Source: a virus
Taxonomy: Duplodnaviria > Caudoviricetes
Reading direction: 5' to 3' (one strand)
Virus record (IMG/VR): IMGVR_UViG_3300029893_000008
Span: 1-58,313 of that record
Length of the DNA: 58,313 nt
Part shown: positions 8,256 to 18,258 of the stretch, in pieces
Layout of the letters: every line of letters starts with the position of its first letter
Numbering within the stretch: the stretch's first letter is position 1
The notes under the pieces: generated by a model
The model's input: the letters and a program-made list of their open reading frames with translations, nothing else
Databases searched by the model: none
What the model was told of the DNA's origin: nothing
Program-made: the position numbers and the translations under genes

Positions 8256-11200
8256 ATGGCTACTACAAATAAGTATACTATCCTTGCAAAAGTGCAATTA
8301 GATATATCGGATGTAAATAAGCAATTAGACAAAATAAGAAAGGTTGTTAAACCTGTTAAATTACCAATAAAATTTGACCAAGAAGAGATTGATAGACAGG
8401 TTCAGTTATTTGAAAATTCTCTCCGAAAATTAAAGGCAACCAAAGCCCCCGCATTTGAAAACTTTGATGTTATAAAGCAGGCAAAGATTTATGAAGAAGC
8501 AATTCAAAGTTTTGGAAAGGGTGAAATTTCTGCCAAACAAGTCAGGTTAGAATTAGATAATTTAAGAACGAAAATAACAGAAGTTACTTCTGAAATGAAA
8601 CTAATGGATAGAGAAGGTGAGAGTTTTATTAGCCTTTTAGATAATGCTATTAAAAAAGTAGCAATTTGGGCTTTAGGTACAACTGCTATTTATGGTACGT
8701 TAAGACAATTAAGAGAAGGTTCAGAATATGTAAGAGAATTGAATAAGGTTCTTACAGATACACAAATTGTTACTGGTTTTTCCGAGCAAAAAGTTAATGC
8801 TTTAGGTGAGGGTTATAATAGATTGGCAAAGCAATTGGGTGCAACCACATTAGAGGTTGCACAGGGGGCTTTGGAATGGCAAAGACAAGGTAAATCCGTA
8901 GAAGATACCACTGCACTTATTCAAAATTCAATGGTAATGTCCAAGTTGGCTAACATGAGTTCAGCAGAGGCTACCGAATATCTTACTTCTATTATGAATG
9001 GTTTTGGAATGTCCGTAAAAGAAGTTACTGTTTCAATAGATAAAATGGTAGCAGTAGATAATGAAAGTGCTACGAGTGTATCTGAATTAGCCCTTGCATT
9101 ACAGCGTTCATCCAGCAGTGCTAGGCAGGCAAAAGTAGAATTTGATGAATTGGTTTCTTATATTGCTACGGTATCATCGGTTACCAGAAGAAGTGCCGAA
9201 ACAGTTGGTGAAGCATTCAAAACCATTTTCGCTAGGTATCAGGACATTCAAAAAGGTGGTTTAGATGAATTTGGAATGGGTATTAATAATGTTGAAAAAG
9301 CCCTGAAATCCGTTGGAATAGAGATTATGAATGCCGATAGAACATCATTTAGACCCTTTGGTGAAGTACTTGATGAATTAGGTAAAAAATGGGATAAAAT
9401 AGGTGAAGTTCAAAGAGCAAGCATATTAAAGGCTATGGCTGGTGTTAGACAGCAGAATACATTATTGTCCCTTTTGCAAAATTATAATATGGCATTAGGC
9501 TTTCAAGAAACCATGCTTGACAGTGCAGGATTGGCTATGGAAAGATATGGTATCTATATGGATAGTATAGAAGCAAAAGCCAATAAATTTAGAGCATCTT
9601 GGGAAAGTTTGATGTCAAGTTTTATCAGTAGTGATTTTACAAAAAATTTACTCGATATAGGTTCTGTTATTCTGGGAATTGTCGAAAATGTTGGAGTTTT
9701 AAATATTGCTTTTGTGGCTTTGTCGGCAGTAATTGGTAGTAAAATGATTGTTACTATTCCAATATTAACTTCTGCCATAGATGCCCTAGTTGTTTCTATG
9801 GGAGTTGCTACTGCCACTGCTACGGCTTTAAGTACTGCTATTACTGGTGGACTGGTTGGGATTGCCATTATTGGTGCAGTAATGGCATTTAAAGAATTAA
9901 ACAAGAGTGTTGTGGATACTTATCAGGCATTTGAGAAATCAAAAGCAGTATTTGATGAAAATCAAAACGAATTAAAGAATCTTGCTGATGAGTATGAATA
10001 TTTAGCAAATAAAAAAGATAAAAATATTTATACAATTACCAGACTTTTAGATATTCAGACTATTTTAAATACAAAGTATGGTGCTTTAAAAAACGGTATA
10101 GATATATATTCCGATGCAATTAACAATAATACAGATGCCATTGCTAAAAATGTTGAATGGATTAAAAAACAGCAAGAAGTTCAAGCAGAGCAGTTTATTA
10201 TGAAAAATAAATTTGCTTATGAAGAAGCAAAAGCATTTTTGGAGCAGAAAAGAACATTGGGTACTACAACCTATGGAGATATATCTACTGTTTTTGAGGG
10301 TGCAAAAGAGCAACTTGCTTATTATGATGAGTTAATTATTAAAGGTAAAGATGAATTTGGTATTATTAGAGCGCAAAGAGATGCTTTGGCTGAAAAGATA
10401 GTGGCTTCTGAAAATCTTGTGATTGAATATGAACAAATGTTAAATATTCAAAAAGCAATCAATGAAATGGATGTAGCAGGGGCTAATGGTATGATAGATT
10501 TAGTAGATGAAACTGCTGAATCTGTTTATGGATTAAAGAATGAGTTTTCTGATTTGCAAGAAATTATTGCAGGGAGATTAGGGGAAGTAATTCAAAGTTA
10601 TTCAGACCAGCAAGCAGAGTTACAAGCCAAAGCAGAGGAATTAAGGGCTAGAATAGCAGAGGCTATGACTTTCCCAAGTACACTAGAACAACAAAGGGAA
10701 GTTCAAAATTTAACTTATCAATTAGAAGAAACAAATTGGGCTATACAGGAAAACGCAAGGCAATATGATATTGCTACAAAGCAAATTTTATTTAATATGA
10801 TGCTACAGAGGATAGGTCAGATGGAATTAACTGGCGAAATGCAAACCGCCGCTTATCAGATGGCATATCAACTTGCAAGTGCATGGGGGTTAGTAGATGT
10901 AGCCACCTTGCAGGCATTAACTAAAATAAACTATGCTTTGGGTGAATTTGCAAATGGAAATATCCAATTGGCAAAACGAGAGTTAGAGAATTTGAGTGCT
11001 TGGGTTGCTTCTGTGGCTGGTGATTATTATATTCGCTTTAATATTGAATACAATGAAGTTTCTGGAAGGTCGGGGAGAGAAGGCGGTATGATGGGAGATT
11101 TAGGTGCTTCCCCCTATGCGATGCAGAGCAAACCCCTTCCAAAGCCCTCACCACCAAAACCAATAGGTGGTTACTATCCTAAAGGTTTTAGTTCTGGTGG

Positions 11201-12269
11201 TGGTGGTGGTGCTAAAAAAGAGGAAACTTATTCAGCAAAAGACCTTTATAATGATGTTATTCAATTAATCAGACAACAAAAAAAAGAAGAAAAAGAATTA
11301 TATCAGCAGGAAATAAAAACTATTGATGATAGAATAAAAGGCTTAAAAGACCAGTTATCTACTTATAAAGAAATAGTTAGTCAAAGAAAAGAAATGCTCG
11401 ATACTCAAAAGGAAGAATTAGAGTATCAGGAAAGAATCCAAGAGAAAAATAAAGATATTTCCAAGATACAAAATGAAATTACCTTACTTGATTTAGATAA
11501 TAGTGAAGAAGCCAAAGCAAAGAAATTAAAACTACTAGAAGATTTAGATAAGGCACAGAAAGATTTAGAGAAAGCCCAGAGAGATAGAAGTTATAAACTT
11601 CAAAAAGAAGCACTTGATAGAGAATATCAATTATATGAAGAACGAATAAATTCACAGATAGAAAGTGCTGAAAGTGAAAAAAATCTCTGGAAAGAAAAGA
11701 TGGATGCAATTGATGAATTTTTGAATAAATCTGGTTTAGTAGCACAAGAAGCATTGAGAAGGGTTGCCGAAAAAGCACCTTCTCTATATCAGGAATTATT
11801 AAATTGGAATAAATTATACGGTACTGGAATTGACCAAGATGTAACAAATGCTTGGAATGAAGCGTATAAAGCATTGCAAAAATATGGAAATCTCCTGAAA
11901 GCCATTTATGGTAAAGATTATGCCATTGGTGGAGTACCCGAGTTTCATCATTCGGGGGTTTTATCAGGTCAGGTAGGTGGAGTAACTACCCCCAGTGGAG
12001 AAGTTTTAGCAAAACTTATTAAGGGTGAAATGGTACTCAACGAATTAGACATGAAACGTATTATTGGAAAAGTTTATACATCTCAATATACAAATAATGT
12101 CAGTAATATGCCTACTATTCAGGTAGATAAACTAATCAATGTTGAGGGTAATGTTGATAAAAATGTAATTGGAGATTTGAAGCGATTTTCTAATGAAATT
12201 GTCAGTCAAATTACAAAAACATTATCTCAAAGGGGATATATTAGAAATGGAAGAATGTATCCTTTATAG
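8256..12269 (+). CDS. Tail tape measure protein (TP901-type core)
   Basis: 1337 aa, helical; core motifs VDNESATSVSELALAL and AETVGEAFKTIFARY; hydrophobic central segment; directly precedes Dit. Confidence 0.9.
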   Translation: MATTNKYTILAKVQLDISDVNKQLDKIRKVVKPVKLPIKFDQEEIDRQVQLFENSLRKLKATKAPAFENFDVIKQAKIYEEAIQSFGKGEISAKQVRLELDNLRTKITEVTSEMKLMDREGESFISLLDNAIKKVAIWALGTTAIYGTLRQLREGSEYVRELNKVLTDTQIVTGFSEQKVNALGEGYNRLAKQLGATTLEVAQGALEWQRQGKSVEDTTALIQNSMVMSKLANMSSAEATEYLTSIMNGFGMSVKEVTVSIDKMVAVDNESATSVSELALALQRSSSSARQAKVEFDELVSYIATVSSVTRRSAETVGEAFKTIFARYQDIQKGGLDEFGMGINNVEKALKSVGIEIMNADRTSFRPFGEVLDELGKKWDKIGEVQRASILKAMAGVRQQNTLLSLLQNYNMALGFQETMLDSAGLAMERYGIYMDSIEAKANKFRASWESLMSSFISSDFTKNLLDIGSVILGIVENVGVLNIAFVALSAVIGSKMIVTIPILTSAIDALVVSMGVATATATALSTAITGGLVGIAIIGAVMAFKELNKSVVDTYQAFEKSKAVFDENQNELKNLADEYEYLANKKDKNIYTITRLLDIQTILNTKYGALKNGIDIYSDAINNNTDAIAKNVEWIKKQQEVQAEQFIMKNKFAYEEAKAFLEQKRTLGTTTYGDISTVFEGAKEQLAYYDELIIKGKDEFGIIRAQRDALAEKIVASENLVIEYEQMLNIQKAINEMDVAGANGMIDLVDETAESVYGLKNEFSDLQEIIAGRLGEVIQSYSDQQAELQAKAEELRARIAEAMTFPSTLEQQREVQNLTYQLEETNWAIQENARQYDIATKQILFNMMLQRIGQMELTGEMQTAAYQMAYQLASAWGLVDVATLQALTKINYALGEFANGNIQLAKRELENLSAWVASVAGDYYIRFNIEYNEVSGRSGREGGMMGDLGASPYAMQSKPLPKPSPPKPIGGYYPKGFSSGGGGGAKKEETYSAKDLYNDVIQLIRQQKKEEKELYQQEIKTIDDRIKGLKDQLSTYKEIVSQRKEMLDTQKEELEYQERIQEKNKDISKIQNEITLLDLDNSEEAKAKKLKLLEDLDKAQKDLEKAQRDRSYKLQKEALDREYQLYEERINSQIESAESEKNLWKEKMDAIDEFLNKSGLVAQEALRRVAEKAPSLYQELLNWNKLYGTGIDQDVTNAWNEAYKALQKYGNLLKAIYGKDYAIGGVPEFHHSGVLSGQVGGVTTPSGEVLAKLIKGEMVLNELDMKRIIGKVYTSQYTNNVSNMPTIQVDKLINVEGNVDKNVIGDLKRFSNEIVSQITKTLSQRGYIRNGRMYPL

Positions 12270-12301
12270 GATACATTCTTCCTTAATATATGGAGGTTAA
12301 T

Positions 12302-13096
12302 ATGGGATTTTATTCAAGAAGTTTTACTTATGGTGGACAACCTTCCGAATTATATGGATTAGAAATTGCTTCTACAAATACTGGTATGATTTCAGGAAAT
12401 GGCAGTGGGAATGTGAGCATATTAGAGAGTTATATTTACAGAAAGCCAAAACCTTATTTTTATGGTGTAACTTTTGATTCAAAATTAAGTTTTGATGTTT
12501 CTTTTTTTTCTAAAAATGAAATATCAGCAGAGGATGCAAGTGGTATTCAAAACTGGTTATTTGGAAGTAATGTATATCGAAAGTTAGTTATAACACAGGG
12601 AGATATGTCCAGCATTTATTTTAATTGTATTTTTACTAACCCCACAATACTAAAAGCGGGTAATTTATTGTACGGTTTTAGTGCCACTGCTATTTGCGAT
12701 AGTCAATTTGCTTGGACTTATCCTCAAACTATTTTATATACTTTTTCTGGTTCTTATGTAGATTCTACTACTGATTTTTATAATGATTCTCATTATCAGG
12801 GATACTTATATCCTCAAATAACAATCAATATGAATGGTGTTACAAATGGTTTAGCGAGAATTATAAATGTTTCAGACAATAATCGTATCTTTCAGTTTAC
12901 AGATTTAAATCCTTATGAAAACATTATTGTTGATAATGAGTTAGGAATTATTACTTCAAACAGTGGTTTTAAAAGATTAAAAAATTTCAATAAAAACTTT
13001 TTAAGACTTATTCCGATGGGAAATCGTTTGATTTTTCAGGGAAACATTACTTCTATATCCATGAGTTATCAGTTTGCTAGAAGATTAGGTGGTTAA
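12302..13096 (+). CDS. Distal tail protein (Dit)
   Basis: Follows TMP; FTYGG.PS..YGL, NWLF, CDSQFAW and FLRL..G.N motifs; GGAGG RBS before ATG 12302. Confidence 0.7.
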   Translation: MGFYSRSFTYGGQPSELYGLEIASTNTGMISGNGSGNVSILESYIYRKPKPYFYGVTFDSKLSFDVSFFSKNEISAEDASGIQNWLFGSNVYRKLVITQGDMSSIYFNCIFTNPTILKAGNLLYGFSATAICDSQFAWTYPQTILYTFSGSYVDSTTDFYNDSHYQGYLYPQITINMNGVTNGLARIINVSDNNRIFQFTDLNPYENIIVDNELGIITSNSGFKRLKNFNKNFLRLIPMGNRLIFQGNITSISMSYQFARRLGG

Positions 13097-13098
13097 TT

Positions 13099-15219
13099 AT
13101 GGGAGTTTTTCAATTTGATTATTTCAATTATCAAGAAAGACCTTCTTTCACTTTATGTAATCCTAATCAAGATGAATTATATTCTATTAATATGATTTAT
13201 GATACTAAATTATCTTTGAGATGGAATGCCCAAAGTGAATTTAGTTTTAAAATACCAAAATTTATAGATAATCAATATATAGAAGCATTCGATTATGTTG
13301 AGAGTAAAAGATTGGTAAAAATAGAAAACTTGGGATATTTTATTATCGTAGAAGTAGAAGATGAATTTGATGGAAGTGTCCCAATTAAAAGTGTTACTTG
13401 TTACAGTTATGAAACAGAATTGATTAATAAAAAGATAATTTTATTGAGTGGAACATTTAGACTGTTTAATCCAGAGAATCCTAGTGATTCTGATACCATA
13501 GTGGGAAAGATACTGCGTGATAATCCCACTTGGGGGGTCGGAGTGGTAGATGAAGATTTGTATAATATATACAGAAGTTTTGATATTTCTGATAATAATT
13601 ATTATAATTTTATAACTACCGATGCTTCCCGTGCTTATGATTGTATATTTTATTTTGATATAATGAATAAGAAAATATCGGCAATTTCTTCTCAAAAACA
13701 GATTACAGAAACAGATATATTTTTATCTTTTGAAAATCTCATTAAGAGTAAATCATCTGTTCAAGTTAGCGAGGAAATTACAACTTGTATGTATTGTTAC
13801 GGTGGGGGTGATTTAGATATTCGTGGTGTTAATCCTTTGGGTACAAATGCAATTTATAATTTTACATATTATAAGAATACAAATTGGATGAGTCCCAATT
13901 TAATTTCTTTAATAGATGCTTGGGAAGCAAAAGTAAATTCTTATATTCCTGTATATAGTGTTCATGTAACTAATTTAAATATAAAGCAAAATGAATTACT
14001 CGTATTGAAGGCAGAATTAGAAGAATATCTTGCAAACAAAACAGCGTTAGAGCAAGTAAGGGCAGTTAGATTACAGCAGGGATTAGACACCACTGATGTT
14101 GATGCACAGATTCTATCTATAACAAATACAATTAATAATCAAAATAATCTTATAGCAGTAAAAGAGGGTGAAATTAATAATTTATTAAGTATTATTGTTA
14201 CAATAAATAATGATTTATCTATTGATAATCCTATTAATTTCCCAAGTGCATATCGTTTAGAATTAAGTAATTTTATCTTTGAAAATACTTATAAAAACGA
14301 AAACATTATTGTAACAGATATAATGACACCACAAGAGATAGAACAGCAAGGGAAAGAATTGTATAATGATTCAGTAAAGATGCTTGCTAAATTATCTGTA
14401 CCTAGATATGAAATTACAATAAATGCGGTCAACTTTTTAGCATTAAAAGAATATCAATCTTTTATTGACCAATTAGAATTGGGTGGACAACTAACAATAG
14501 ATAGCGGTGAGGGATATTTTATTGATGCTACATTATTAGAGTATTCTTTTAGTTATGAAAACCCTGATGATTTTGAATTAATTATTAGTAACAAACAAAG
14601 AATAGATAATTCTAGTTTTGTTTTAACTGACTTTTTAGGTCAGAGTATAAAAAACGATTCAAATATTTCTTTTAATTCTGAAAAGTGGGGAGATTGGTTT
14701 GACACAAAACCGATGGTTATTGGTAGGGTAGTAACAACTGGAAGTAAAATAGACTATGGTTTGATTGCTAATAATTTAGCAGGGAGAATAACCGCTTCTG
14801 ACAAATTGATTATTAGAAATATAAATACAAATACAGGTGAAGAGAATTTTTACCTAGATAATACGGGTTTAACCTTAAGAAATCCAATTATATACGCTGG
14901 TAGTCAGGTTGGTAGAGATTTAGATTTAGTTTTGGTAGGTGGTGGTTATCTATTTTTTAGAAACGGTATTTTTATCGGGGGTGCTGGTATTCAGCAAGGT
15001 CAAAGCATTACAACCCTGTTAGATATAAGTGGTTTTACTGGAAATCAATATGTTCTATCTGGTTCTTCTATGTTAATGGGTTCATTGAGGGTTTATATCA
15101 ATGGAATTACACAAGTACCTAATTTTACCTATGAGCAAGTTTCACCGAATGTAATTAATTTTTATGATACATTAGATGCAGAGGATAAAATTTTGCTTGA
15201 ATTTGTAAATCTTTCGTAA
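13099..15219 (+). CDS. Baseplate hub/tail spike (Tal-like) protein
   Basis: 706 aa after Dit; SEFSF.IP, LDIRGVNP.G..IYNF.YY, coiled coil, ELG; C-terminal VYING module. Confidence 0.7.
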   Translation: MGVFQFDYFNYQERPSFTLCNPNQDELYSINMIYDTKLSLRWNAQSEFSFKIPKFIDNQYIEAFDYVESKRLVKIENLGYFIIVEVEDEFDGSVPIKSVTCYSYETELINKKIILLSGTFRLFNPENPSDSDTIVGKILRDNPTWGVGVVDEDLYNIYRSFDISDNNYYNFITTDASRAYDCIFYFDIMNKKISAISSQKQITETDIFLSFENLIKSKSSVQVSEEITTCMYCYGGGDLDIRGVNPLGTNAIYNFTYYKNTNWMSPNLISLIDAWEAKVNSYIPVYSVHVTNLNIKQNELLVLKAELEEYLANKTALEQVRAVRLQQGLDTTDVDAQILSITNTINNQNNLIAVKEGEINNLLSIIVTINNDLSIDNPINFPSAYRLELSNFIFENTYKNENIIVTDIMTPQEIEQQGKELYNDSVKMLAKLSVPRYEITINAVNFLALKEYQSFIDQLELGGQLTIDSGEGYFIDATLLEYSFSYENPDDFELIISNKQRIDNSSFVLTDFLGQSIKNDSNISFNSEKWGDWFDTKPMVIGRVVTTGSKIDYGLIANNLAGRITASDKLIIRNINTNTGEENFYLDNTGLTLRNPIIYAGSQVGRDLDLVLVGGGYLFFRNGIFIGGAGIQQGQSITTLLDISGFTGNQYVLSGSSMLMGSLRVYINGITQVPNFTYEQVSPNVINFYDTLDAEDKILLEFVNLS

Positions 15220-15572
15220 TGGAGTTTAAAATGGGATATATAACTTTTGAAACAGTTAATAGTTTAAAAGAAATATTTTTTATAGGTGGTACAACCTATA
15301 CACTTAAATTTATATGTTTGGATTCTAATAATAATCCTATCAACTTATCTAGTGCTACTTGTTATTGGGGATTATCTCCTTATGGTACAGATTTTCCTTT
15401 GATAACAAAAACTGGAAGCATTGTAAATACAAATACTTTTGAAGTTTATTTATCAAATACAGATACAAAGAATTTATCTGGAAAATATACTCATCAACCT
15501 AAAATTGTTTTTCCGAATAATGTTGTCGTTATTCCAGCACAGGGAATTATTACAATTGTAAAAGGAATATAA
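15219..15572 (+). CDS. BppU-like baseplate/Ig-fold protein
   Basis: PINLS.A, V.L...DT..L.GKY..Q and QG.I pattern. Confidence 0.55.
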   Translation: MEFKMGYITFETVNSLKEIFFIGGTTYTLKFICLDSNNNPINLSSATCYWGLSPYGTDFPLITKTGSIVNTNTFEVYLSNTDTKNLSGKYTHQPKIVFPNNVVVIPAQGIITIVKGI

Positions 15573-15573
15573 T

Positions 15574-15807
15574 ATGAATAGTTTAGTAGTAGAAAAAAAT
15601 ATATATATTTATAATAATGTACCAATTATTAGAACAGGAAGTATTATTTTTTATGACCCTTTACTAATGTCAACCTTATATAATCAAACCTTATCTTCTT
15701 TATATGTTTATTCTGGAAGTTTACCACCAGCAATTAGCGGTAGTGATTTAAATCCATATATCAATGCTTCTTCTTTTCTTGTAGTATTTAAGGATACGCA
15801 ACCATGA
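15574..15807 (+). CDS. Small virion-associated protein
   Basis: 77-aa ORF coupled to neighbours; three [ST]GS motifs. Confidence 0.5.
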   Translation: MNSLVVEKNIYIYNNVPIIRTGSIIFYDPLLMSTLYNQTLSSLYVYSGSLPPAISGSDLNPYINASSFLVVFKDTQP

Positions 15808-16673
15808 CAACGATTAACCCTCTTCAATTTACTCAACAATTATATAATTTAAATTTATTTAATTATGATATAAATCGTGATGGAGATATAAGTTTCTCAA
15901 GTTATCGTGATTTATTGGCAGGTACTTTAACAAGTGCCATGCTAGATATTGATAATTTTGATTTCAATGTCTTTCTAGGATTAGCGGATATTCTTTCTTA
16001 TTTTAATACTTATAAAAATACATTTAATAGTTTATTAAATAGCATTGGTGGTTCTATTTCTGTTAATGGTAGCATGGTTAACCTTATGATGGATAGGTTT
16101 GTCCCGATTGCTACTCAATCTGGTTCAGTAACTAACTATGATTTTCAGAGTATTCCTAATACTTATAAACATTTATTTGTTGTTGGGCTGGTGGGAAAGC
16201 AAAATACATCTGCTTCACCTGTAGATATGAAAGTAGCCATGAATGGTGTTACAAGTGGTAGTAATTATTATAGTGCAAGATATGATATGGCATACAGTAC
16301 TGTATCTCCATTTTATATTGAAAATCTTTCTGGTAGTTATACTGACAGGATGACCGTTGGAGATATACCTTATGCTATGGATATTCAAGCAAATGTAAGA
16401 AGAAATGGTTTTCCCGTCTTTATTTTTATTCCCAATTACAGGGACACAATTACTTTAAGTGGTAGACCCGTTATGAGTTTTACTGGTGGTATAACATACC
16501 AAACAAGTGCTTCTCCGCTTAATCCACCAGAATTTAGGATTGTTTTGTGTGGTGGTACTTGGATGAGTACAACGGCTATAAACAGTTTGACTTTTACTAA
16601 TTATATTAGGAATACGGGTACAACAGTTACATTTAGTGAAAATTCAAAATTAACTTTATATGGAATCAAGTGA
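15804..16673 (+). CDS. Tail fibre/receptor-binding protein, paralog 1
   Basis: C-terminal domain SIPNTYKHL...IPNY...GTW....AI.S...LYG shared with the next two genes. Confidence 0.6.
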   Translation: MTTINPLQFTQQLYNLNLFNYDINRDGDISFSSYRDLLAGTLTSAMLDIDNFDFNVFLGLADILSYFNTYKNTFNSLLNSIGGSISVNGSMVNLMMDRFVPIATQSGSVTNYDFQSIPNTYKHLFVVGLVGKQNTSASPVDMKVAMNGVTSGSNYYSARYDMAYSTVSPFYIENLSGSYTDRMTVGDIPYAMDIQANVRRNGFPVFIFIPNYRDTITLSGRPVMSFTGGITYQTSASPLNPPEFRIVLCGGTWMSTTAINSLTFTNYIRNTGTTVTFSENSKLTLYGIK

Positions 16674-16681
16674 GGTGAATC

Positions 16682-17467
16682 ATGCCTACAAATACACCTA
16701 ATTTAGGATTAAAAGTATATAATTTAACTTCCGATTCATCTCTAAATTTTTCTACATTAATAAATGATATAACTGGTTCTTTAAGTGGAAATACTGTGAA
16801 AATTAGTCAATGGAGTCAAAGCATTACGGGTTCTATACAGAATTTAGCAAACAATATAACGGGTTCTTTAAATACAATTAATAATTCTATAAATGTTTTA
16901 TCCGCTTCTATCTTAAATCAAGCAAGTGCTTTGGCTTCATTAAATTTAGATATTTCATTACTGTATGATTTTGTAGCAAGCGGTTGTCAGACAATTGATT
17001 TTCAAGTACCCCAAACATATAATCATTTGTTGATTTTGGGAATGGCTAAATGCGGTGCAGGTGTATCGAGTCTTGAAAATACAAATGTAGATGTTGGTCT
17101 TGATTTTAATGGTGATGCAAGTGTTCAAAACTATGTTTCAGTCCAATTTCAAAGACAATTAGTAACATTTTTTACACCCTATACAAGGGGTGAGGTTTTG
17201 GTTGGAAGTGTAGCAGGTAATCAATACAATACCGATAATTATACCCCCATCTTTGCAATAGTACCTAATTACAGGTCTAATACACCTAAAAGTGGTTTTG
17301 GGTTTAATTTCTTCTTTACACCATCTACCTATAGAGTTAGTATTCAGGGTGGTACATGGCGAAACAATAGTCCTATTACTAGGATTAGAATGTTTGGATT
17401 GGGTTATGGTTCTCAAAGAATCGGATTTATTAATAATAGCAGAATAAGTTTTTATGGATTGAAATGA
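16682..17467 (+). CDS. Tail fibre/receptor-binding protein, paralog 2
   Basis: MPTNTPNLGL anchor, coiled coil, VPQTYNHL...FNGD...VPNY...GTWRN..PITRI...FYG. Confidence 0.6.
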   Translation: MPTNTPNLGLKVYNLTSDSSLNFSTLINDITGSLSGNTVKISQWSQSITGSIQNLANNITGSLNTINNSINVLSASILNQASALASLNLDISLLYDFVASGCQTIDFQVPQTYNHLLILGMAKCGAGVSSLENTNVDVGLDFNGDASVQNYVSVQFQRQLVTFFTPYTRGEVLVGSVAGNQYNTDNYTPIFAIVPNYRSNTPKSGFGFNFFFTPSTYRVSIQGGTWRNNSPITRIRMFGLGYGSQRIGFINNSRISFYGLK

Positions 17468-17475
17468 GGTGAGAT

Positions 17476-18243
17476 ATGCCCACAAATACACCAAGACTCG
17501 GATTAAAGTTATATGATTTAATTGCTGATTCCAATCAGTTATTTTCTACATTTGTAAGTGATATTGCTGGTTCTAGTAATAGTAATATGACTAAAATAGA
17601 TACATGGTCTAATTGGGTTAGTGGTTCAATTTCAAATTTACAAAGTGCCATTTCTGGTTCTATATCTTCCATTAATAATACACTTAATGGATATTACAAC
17701 AATGCTAGTTCTATTTCTGGTAGCATGAATACTATAAGAAATAGATTCAGCACAATTACTACTTTTAGTGGTTCTGGAATTTTTGATTTTAATGTACCCC
17801 AAACATACAATAATTTATTAATTATAGGTAGTGCAAAGTCAATAAATAGGCAGGCGTCAGCAGTAAGTATAACCACTGAATTTAATTTAGATAATAACAG
17901 TGCAAATTATATTAGCGTTGACTGGTTAAGATGGTATCCTTCCACTAATTGGTTTCTAGTTTATAATAATTTTGGTGCTATAGATACTGCAATGATGAGT
18001 TCAAGTCTTTATGCCGATGAATATCCCGTTCCTTTTATGATTTATATTCCCAATTATAGGGATACTAATTCTTATAAGACTGCAATCGGTATGACAACTT
18101 TCTATGCAAGAAATTCTTTAATGATGCACATTAGTTCTGGTACATGGAATAACACAAGTGCTGTTACTAGAATAAGAATGGGTACTAACAGTTCTGGTAC
18201 TTTTGCAAATGGCACATCAATATCGGTATATGGTTTAGGATGA
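17476..18243 (+). CDS. Tail fibre/receptor-binding protein, paralog 3
   Basis: MPTNTPRLGL anchor, VPQTYNNL...IPNY...GTWNNT.AVTRI...VYG. Confidence 0.6.
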   Translation: MPTNTPRLGLKLYDLIADSNQLFSTFVSDIAGSSNSNMTKIDTWSNWVSGSISNLQSAISGSISSINNTLNGYYNNASSISGSMNTIRNRFSTITTFSGSGIFDFNVPQTYNNLLIIGSAKSINRQASAVSITTEFNLDNNSANYISVDWLRWYPSTNWFLVYNNFGAIDTAMMSSSLYADEYPVPFMIYIPNYRDTNSYKTAIGMTTFYARNSLMMHISSGTWNNTSAVTRIRMGTNSSGTFANGTSISVYGLG

Positions 18244-18258
18244 TAAGGAGTGAATATA

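Noticed and set aside
4635-8256. Tail assembly chaperone with programmed frameshift before the tape measure gene
   Set aside because: No overlapping ORF pair with a convincing slippery site; the genes have their own starts.
15804-18243. Diversity-generating retroelement acting on fibre genes
   Set aside because: No reverse transcriptase, and no near-identical template/variable repeat pair differing at adenines.
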